Assembly: GCA_963701985.1 (NCBI GenBank)
Contig: OY969691.1
Span: 1,219,088-1,283,087, forward strand
Length of the DNA: 64,000 nucleotides
Direction: 5' to 3'
Source: an uncultured Coriobacteriia bacterium
Lineage (GTDB): Bacteria > Actinomycetota > Coriobacteriia > Anaerosomatales > PALSA-660
Of the stretch, positions 57,899-64,000 are shown piece after piece. The notes below the pieces were generated by a model, which saw only the letters and a list, made by a program, of their open reading frames with translations, ran no database searches and was not told where the DNA came from. How positions within the stretch are numbered: the stretch's first letter is position 1; the number at the start of each line of letters is the position of its first letter. Position numbers and translations under genes: made by a program.

Positions 57899-57975
57899 GT
57901 CCGGCGGGCCGGGACCGGCCGCCGGCATCGTGCGGGCGCCGACAGCGCCAGGATCCTGGGAGGTCGCCTCACCGC

Positions 57976-58293
57976 ATGGCTGAGCTCGATAGACATCCTC
58001 GGGTCGTGCCCCAGGTCAAACATGACGGCGCGGCTTCGTGCCGTCTCTGCGCCGACGGCATCCCCGCGGCGGATCGCGAGTGGTGCCTAGCCGCCGGATG
58101 CCTCGTCTGCGACGAGTGCTGCCGGCGCCTCGTGCACGGAGACGTCGCCAGGCTCACGCGCATACGGCTCGAGGGCGGGCGGGCGATGACGCTGCCCGAG
58201 CTCTACCGCGCCTGCGCCCACTGCGAGCGCGGACATCACCGTTTCGCGGAGCATCTCCTCGACATCGCCGCGCCGGAGGGCCCTCCCTGCTAG
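57976..58293 (+). CDS. hypothetical Cys-rich protein
   Basis: 105 aa from ATG 57976 with CRLCADG, CLAAGCLVCDECCRRL and CAHCERGHH. No family recognised. The stop overlaps the dinG stop by 4 nt (convergent). Confidence 0.4.
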   Translation: MAELDRHPRVVPQVKHDGAASCRLCADGIPAADREWCLAAGCLVCDECCRRLVHGDVARLTRIRLEGGRAMTLPELYRACAHCERGHHRFAEHLLDIAAPEGPPC

Positions 58294-61245
58294 TCTCGCC
58301 CCCGCGCGAGCGGGACCGGGCGTCCGAACCGCAGGCGCACCCTGCGCACGACCTCGTCCGTCGACGCGACCTCGACGTCCCGCACCGGCAGCGCCTCGAG
58401 GAAGTGCCGCGCGTATCCCTTGCCGCCGGTCAGCCGACCGTCCGCGACGATCACGCAGCCTTCGTCGGTGGACGAGCGCACCAGCCTGCCCGCCGCCTGC
58501 TTGAGCTCGAGCACCGCCTCGGGCAGGTAGAAGTCGTCCCACGCCGATCGGCCGAAGCGCTGCTGGCGCTCCTCGTAGAGCGGGTCGCGCACGCGCCCGA
58601 AGGGCAGCCGGGCGATCACGACGCAGCGCAGCGTGTCGCCCTTCGCGTCGAACCCCTCCCAGAACGACTTCGTCGCGAAGAGCGAGAGCCGCTCTTCCGC
58701 GAGGAACTCGTCGCGCACCCGCTTGTTCGACACGCCGCGGCCTTGGAGCAGGAGCGGCAGGCCTCGCTCCTCGAGCTGCGGGGAGAGGCGGTCGTACAGC
58801 AGCTCCATCTCCCGCTTGCTCGTGAAGAGCGTGAGCACGCTGCCGCCCATCGCGTCGTGCACGCCGAGCAGCAACCGCTCGAGCGCCGCCAGGTGGGCGG
58901 TCCCGCGCGGTTCGGGCAGGTCGTCCGGCACGAACACCGCCATCTGCCGATCGAAGTCGTAGCTCGACTCGAGCCGCATGGCGTTCCAGGCACCGGACGG
59001 CGAGGCGGTCGAGCCCGACGGTCCTGGCGAAGTGCGAGAAGTCGTCGCCGGTCGCCATCGTGGCGGACGTGAAGACGCACCGAGTGCACGTCGGGATAGA
59101 AGCGCTCGGCCAACGCGGACCCGACGTCGAGCATCGAGGCCGACAACGTGTCGCGGCGATCGTCGCGCCGTCGGCTCACGGCGACGCTGTAGACGAAGGA
59201 CGCGTCGGCGCCGTCGAGCACCGCCTCGAGGCCTTCGAGCTGGTCGCGCAAGCGTGAGAGCAGACCGGCGAGGTCGGCTCTCGCGTCCACGAACTCGTCT
59301 CCGGCCTCCTCGAGCGCCGTGAGAAGGTCGCGCCCGAGCGCCGTGACCCCCTCCAGCCGTCGCGCGAGCGAGTGCCCGACCCCGGCCGCCACGCTCCAGC
59401 CGGTGCGTGTCGCGCACCGCCTCGGTGATGTGGACCTCCGAGCTGTCGTAGCCTTCGTCCTCCCCGCGCAGGTCCTTGAGGAAGTCGAAGAAGGATCCGG
59501 CGATCGTCGCGGTGGTCGTGATCTCGGCACGCAGCCGCGAGGCGAGCGTCTCGACCCGCGACGCGAGGTCCTCGTTCCCGGCGAGGAACGCCGCCGCGCG
59601 CACCTTGGACCGCACCGCGTCGACGGCGCCGCCCCGGCCTTCGGCGTGCAGCGCCGCGAGCATCGCCGATATGGTGCGGTGGTCCGCGGACAGTGAGAGC
59701 TGCTTGCGAGCCTCGCTCTCGGCGGCGTGGGCCTCGTCGATCACCCAGTAGCGCAGGGGCGGGAGGATCCCGCCCGCCGCGGCGCGGTCGCGGAACAGCA
59801 GGGCGTGGTTCGTCACGACGATGTGCGCCGATCCGGCTCGGCGGCGCACGCCGTGGAGGTAGCACAGGGTCGGGTAGTAGCGGCAGCGCTTGTGCGTGCA
59901 GTCCTCGACGGAGCACGCGACCTGCCGCCGCGATTCCGGCGTCCAATGAAGGTTGATCGCGTCGAGGTCCCCCCACGACGATGCGGCCACCCACGCGACG
60001 AGCGCGGCGAGGTTGGCGACGTCCTCCGCGGGCAGCGACTCCTCGCCCAGGCGCCTCTCGATCTTGCGCATGCACGGGTAGTGCTCGTACCCCTTGAGCG
60101 CGACGAACCGGAGTCCTCCGCCGAGCGCCTCGGAAAGCCGCGGGAGCTCGCTGTGCACGAGCTGGTCCATCAGCGTGTTCGTCTTCGTCGCGACGCCGAC
60201 ACCGAGCCGGTTGTGCAGGGCGAACGCCGCGGCCGGCACGAGATACGCGACCGACTTCCCCACGCCCGTGCCGGCCTCCACGGCGAGGTGCTCGCGCGCC
60301 GCGAAAGCGTCGAGGACGCCGCGCGCCATCGCGCGCTGCTCGTCGCGCGACTCGTATCCGGGGTACATCCGGCCGACCGCGCCCTCCGCCGCGAACTCGG
60401 CGAGCACGGCGTCGACGTCGGGGCAGCCGAGCTCGCGCTCCTCCGCGTCCGCCAGCCCGGGATGCTGGTGCCCACGCGTGGACGCGGCGCGCACGGCCTT
60501 GAGATCGAGCGACCGCGCCGGAGCGGCGGCCGACAGGTGACGAAGCACCTCCCGGAGGGGCCATGCCGTCCCCGGAGAGATGCGCGCGAGCTCGGCGACG
60601 ACGTCGGCGCCCATGCCGTCGAGACCCGCGAGGGCGATGCGCCACACGTGGAACATCGCCTCGGCGTCGCCGGCGGCCCGATGGAACTCGGCCGTCAGCC
60701 CGAAGGCCTCCGCGATGTCCCGCAGCCGGTGGCTCCGCAGCCGCGGCAGGGCGATGCGCGCGAGCTCCAGCGAGTCCAGCCAGCGGCCTCCGGCATGCAC
60801 GCCGGCGTCCGCGGCCGCCGCGTGCACGAAGGCCCGATCGAAGGCCGCATGATGGGCCACGCAATCGCGCTCCCCGACCACCTCGGCCACCTCGCGGATG
60901 ACGGTGCCGATCCGCGGCGCGCCGGCGACGGTCGCGTCGTCGAGGCCGGTGAGCAGCGTGGTCTCATGCGGGATGGGAACGCCGGGATCCACGAGCGAGG
61001 AGTAGCGGGTCGAGGATCTCCGGGCCGCGCGCGACGATGACCGCCACCTCGATGATCGCGTCGCGGCGCGGATCGACGCCCGTCGTCTCGACGTCCAGGA
61101 AGGCGAGCTCGTCCTCGATGCCCCAGCTCGTGCCGCGCGCCGCCTCGGGCAGCGCGGCGTAGCGCAGCGCCACCTCGTCGTCGGTGCCCGGCGCGAGGAA
61201 GGAGGTCAGGGCGGCGAACCGGCCGTCCGGAGGCGTTGCGCTCAT
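58290..61245 (-). pseudogene. dinG: DinG-family helicase fused to N-terminal DnaQ-like 3'-5' exonuclease, frameshifted as assembled
   Basis: Fragments: exonuclease FLDVETTGVDPRRDAIIEVA, CVAHHAAFDRAF, HRAAGDAEA; helicase EAGTGVGKSVAYLVPA, Fe-S cysteines (CMRK..C..C..C), VIDEAHAAE, VVFTSATM, LFATKSFWEGFD, QAAGRLVRS. At least 4 frame changes (~61.0 kb and 58.9-59.45 kb). Confidence 0.85.
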
Positions 61246-61258
61246 CGGCCGACGATAG

Positions 61259-61296
61259 CACGGCGCCCCGGTACCGGAAGGTGCCGGGGCGCCGTG
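61259..61296 (-). terminator. 17-bp hairpin with GGAA tetraloop
   Basis: cacggcgccccgg-tacc-ggaa-ggtg-ccggggcgccgtg, read directly. Lies between the stop of gene 61319..61882 and the dinG start. No U-tract. Confidence 0.5.
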
Positions 61297-61318
61297 CGCG
61301 ATCGGACGGGGACGAGGC

Positions 61319-61882
61319 CTATGGAGCGGTCGGCGCGCCCATCTGGACGGCGCGGGCCTGCACGACCCAACCGCCGTTGTACTTCACGAGCGTCCACGTG
61401 GCGCCCCAGATGCCGTTGGTACCGAGGTCCTGCTGGATGACGACGGTGGCCGTCGCGTCCGAGACCTTCTGGCCGACGAACTTGAACGACTTCATGCCGT
61501 AGCTCGCCTCGGTCGCCTGGAAGTCGGCGACGCTCTGCCCGGCCTTGCTGGCGGCGGGCTGGCGGTCGAACGCGTCGTTCCACTTCTTGTCGAGGATGTC
61601 CTGGTAGTAGCCGGAGACGAAGTCCTTCGGCTGCATGCTCGCCGGTACCTTGGTGGCCGTCGAGGGGTCGAACGGCGCGCTCGTCGACGAGGCCAGCCCC
61701 GGCTGCGAGGTGGTCGCCGCCGTGGAAGCGGCGGTGTTGCTCGCCGTGGTGTTGGTGCCAGTGCTCGCGGTGCCGGCGGGCTGGCGCATGATCACGACGA
61801 TCACGAGAGCCGCGAGCAGGATGACGATCACACCGAGGAGCAGCATCACGGTGCGATTCGTGTTCGGCGCATTGTCCGACAT
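61319..61882 (-). CDS. membrane-anchored hypothetical protein (TM + Thr/Ser/Ala linker + ~110-aa globular domain)
   Basis: Start at Met 61882. TM VMLLLGVIVILLAALVIVVIM, linker GTASTGTNTTASNTAASTAATTS, and C-terminal domain ..FVSGYYQDILDKKWNDAF...WTLVKYNGGWVV. Confidence 0.5.
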   Translation of the reverse strand: MSDNAPNTNRTVMLLLGVIVILLAALVIVVIMRQPAGTASTGTNTTASNTAASTAATTSQPGLASSTSAPFDPSTATKVPASMQPKDFVSGYYQDILDKKWNDAFDRQPAASKAGQSVADFQATEASYGMKSFKFVGQKVSDATATVVIQQDLGTNGIWGATWTLVKYNGGWVVQARAVQMGAPTAP

Positions 61883-62078
61883 GTGGGTTCGATCCCTTCC
61901 CGATGCCTGTCTGAACGTGAGCGGGCGCTCCGCCCGTGCAAGGATATCCAGCATGGGCCGTGCCGTCCAACGCCGAATGGGAGCCGAACGGGCGCGCTAC
62001 ACTCTCGTTTGGACGCGTGACTCGACTATAGGGTTCCGGCGTGGCCGACGTGTGGAGAACGCGAGGAGGTTGCGCGAG

Positions 62079-62750
62079 GTGCCGAGGGTGCGGAGCGTCT
62101 TCGACGTGATCGGTCCGGTGATGATCGGGCCGAGCTCGAGCCACACGGCCGGAGCCGTCCGGCTGGGCAGGCTCGCGCGGGCGGTCTTCGGCGAGCGTCC
62201 CGCGAGCGCCGCGATCGCCCTGCACGGCTCCTTCGCGTCCACCGGGCACGGTCACGGCACCGATCTCGCGCTCATCGCCGGCCTTCTGGGATACGCGCCC
62301 GACGACGAGCGCATCCGGAGCTCCGAGCGGGAGGCGCAAACCGTCGGCATGTCCGTCACGTTCACGCGCGAGGACCTCGGCGAGGTGCACCCGAACACCG
62401 CTCGCATCACGATGACGTCGACCGACGGTCGCGTCGTGGTGGTGCAGGGCTCGTCGATCGGCGGCGCCGACGTCGTGCTGACCCGCATCGACGACTTCGA
62501 CGTCTCCATCACCGGCGAGCTGCCCGTGCTGATCGTCGAGCACCACGACCAGCCGGGCGTCGTCGCGTCGGTCTCGGCCGTGCTCGCCGAGCACCACGTC
62601 AACATCGCCAGCATGGAGGTCTCGCGCGAGCGTCGCGGCGCGCGGGCCCTCATGGTCATCGAGACCGATCAGGCGGCGGACGACAGGACCGTGCACGCGG
62701 TCGAGAGCGCCGACGGCGTGGAAGGCGTGCGGATGGTGCCGGCGGTCTAG
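62079..62750 (+). CDS. sdaAB: L-serine ammonia-lyase (iron-sulfur dependent), beta subunit
   Basis: SVFDVIGPVMIGPSSSHTAGAVRLG, HGSFASTGHGHGTDLAL, and a C-terminal ACT-like region LIVEHHDQPGVVASVSAVLAEHHVNIASMEV. GTG at 62079 lies 9 nt after GAGGAGG. Confidence 0.85.
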   Translation: MPRVRSVFDVIGPVMIGPSSSHTAGAVRLGRLARAVFGERPASAAIALHGSFASTGHGHGTDLALIAGLLGYAPDDERIRSSEREAQTVGMSVTFTREDLGEVHPNTARITMTSTDGRVVVVQGSSIGGADVVLTRIDDFDVSITGELPVLIVEHHDQPGVVASVSAVLAEHHVNIASMEVSRERRGARALMVIETDQAADDRTVHAVESADGVEGVRMVPAV

Positions 62751-62932
62751 CCCTTCCGGGCCCCGCAACCGGCGACCCGGCACGAGGCGCACGAGCCCGT
62801 GCAGCCGCGGAGCAGGAACGCGTGACACCGCGGGCATCGGATCGCGTCGGCGGCCACGTCGAGCCCGCAATCCGGACACACGGTGTGACGCTCGGGCTCG
62901 GCAGCGGTCGCGCGCTTCTTCCTGCGCTCCAT
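62747..62932 (-). CDS. small Cys-rich zinc-ribbon protein translationally coupled to feoB
   Basis: 61 aa: MERRKKRATAAEPERHTVCPDCGLDVAADAIRCPRCHAFLLRGCTGSCASCRVAGCGARKG. TGATG overlap with the feoB stop. Confidence 0.5.
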   Translation of the reverse strand: MERRKKRATAAEPERHTVCPDCGLDVAADAIRCPRCHAFLLRGCTGSCASCRVAGCGARKG

Positions 62933-64000
62933 CACATCACTCCCAACAGCCGCAGCACCTGGTGCACGATGCCGCCCAGCAGGAAGGCGGAGCCGAGCGA
63001 CCCGACGAACAGGCCGGCGAGGTAGCGCCAGCCGCGCTCCTTGAGCACGACGAGCGCGCTCGCCATGCACGGCACGAACAGTGTGATCGTCACCATCGCC
63101 ACGAGCATCTGAGGGCCGCTCAGGTGCAGCGTCAGGAAGCCCGCCGCGCCGAAGTCCCGCCGTATGAGTCCCATCACGAACGCCGTCGCGGCGGCGGCGG
63201 GCAGGCCGAGCCAACCGGACACCAGCGGCCGCGCGGCCGTCACGATCCACGCGAGCGCTCCCGTCACCTTGAGCACGCCGAGGAACAGCGACCCTCCGAT
63301 GAAGAACAGCGACACCTCTTTCATGAAGTTCCACACCTTGACGCCGCTCTTCTTGGCGATGTTGTCGAGACGCGGCAGGCGCAACGTCGGCAGGTCGATG
63401 AGCAGGTCGGTCGACTCGCCGGGGACGAGCTTGTTGAGCGCGGTCCCAAGGCCGACGAACACGGCGAGCAGGATGGCGAAGTAGATCGCCGTGTAGACGG
63501 GGGCGGTCGTGGCCATCAGCGCCGCGACGATGCCCAGCTGCGCGGAGCACGGCACCGCGATCGCCATGAGCGTGGTCGCGATGAAGCGCTCGCGCTTGCT
63601 GCCGAGGATCCGGGTGGTGAGCGTCCCCATCGTCACGCAGCCCAAGCCGAGTATCAGCGGGATCACCGCCCGGCCGTTCAGCCCCATCGATGTGAGCGAC
63701 CGGTCCATGAGTGCGGCGATCCTCGGCAGATAGCCGGTGTCCTCCAAGAAGGACAGGAGAAGGTAGAAGGTGGCGACGAGCGGCAGGATGACGCCGAACA
63801 ACGTGGCCGGGGTCATGGTCAGCACGCCGAACTGGCCGACGAGCAGTTCGAAGACCGGCGACCCGTGCGCGAACACGTGGCCGACGATGCCTTGGACGAA
63901 CGGATACCAGTGCTTCTCGAAGAGTGTGCCCTGCAGGAACCCGACCAGATCGCCCGCGACGAGCTGTCCGATCACGACGTACATCGCGCCCAACAGCACG
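62932..64000 (-). CDS. feoB: ferrous iron transporter FeoB, C-terminal membrane domain (5' part outside window)
   Basis: Motifs: SFLEDTGYLPRIAALMDR, GLNGRAVIPLILGLGCVTMG, ATTLMAIAVPCSAQLG. The frame is open to the window edge. Confidence 0.9.
   Translation of the reverse strand, partial: VLLGAMYVVIGQLVAGDLVGFLQGTLFEKHWYPFVQGIVGHVFAHGSPVFELLVGQFGVLTMTPATLFGVILPLVATFYLLLSFLEDTGYLPRIAALMDRSLTSMGLNGRAVIPLILGLGCVTMGTLTTRILGSKRERFIATTLMAIAVPCSAQLGIVAALMATTAPVYTAIYFAILLAVFVGLGTALNKLVPGESTDLLIDLPTLRLPRLDNIAKKSGVKVWNFMKEVSLFFIGGSLFLGVLKVTGALAWIVTAARPLVSGWLGLPAAAATAFVMGLIRRDFGAAGFLTLHLSGPQMLVAMVTITLFVPCMASALVVLKERGWRYLAGLFVGSLGSAFLLGGIVHQVLRLLGVM

Overview
Very GC-rich bacterial chromosomal segment. 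It is most consistent with an anaerobic or microaerophilic member of the Actinomycetota. Supporting this: an rpsF-ssb-rpsR-rplI-dnaB cluster, a PafB/PafC-like WYL regulator pair, a DUF5679 mini-protein and CHAD/PPK genes, alongside rubrerythrin, FeoB, several radical-SAM enzymes and 4Fe-4S proteins. I can support about 70 protein genes and one tRNA (Gly-CCC). Content in order: purB; a five-gene polyphosphate cluster (PPK2, CYTH, PPK1, PPX, CHAD); a run of detox-type enzymes (VOC x2, aldo/keto reductase x2, NmrA, alpha/beta hydrolase, CFA-type methyltransferase, GNAT); an orphan radical SAM/SPASM gene; an S8 protease; plsY; rubrerythrin; rpiA-msrB-msrA; purE/purD/purA; a large HlyD + ABC-2 efflux locus with a TetR gene; the ribosomal-protein/dnaB cluster; M23 and M28 peptidases; a GGDEF protein; a small redox operon; the WYL pair; dinG; sdaAB; feoB. 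I recognised no transposase, integrase, phage, CRISPR or toxin-antitoxin signature, so this is mostly core genome and I did not find a convincing new multi-gene system. Two things stand out. (1) msrA carries an in-frame TGA exactly at the catalytic Cys of the GCFWG motif, followed by a SECIS-like hairpin, which makes it a candidate selenoprotein. (2) In six discrete blocks, highly conserved and partly essential genes (purB, purD, purA, ssb, rpsR, dinG, an entire efflux operon) are broken by dense +/-1 indels. I could pin three of these to G/C homopolymers. This points to assembly or base-calling error rather than real decay, so these genes are listed as pseudogenes 'as assembled'. All functional calls rest on motif recognition by eye; no database search or folding program was available.
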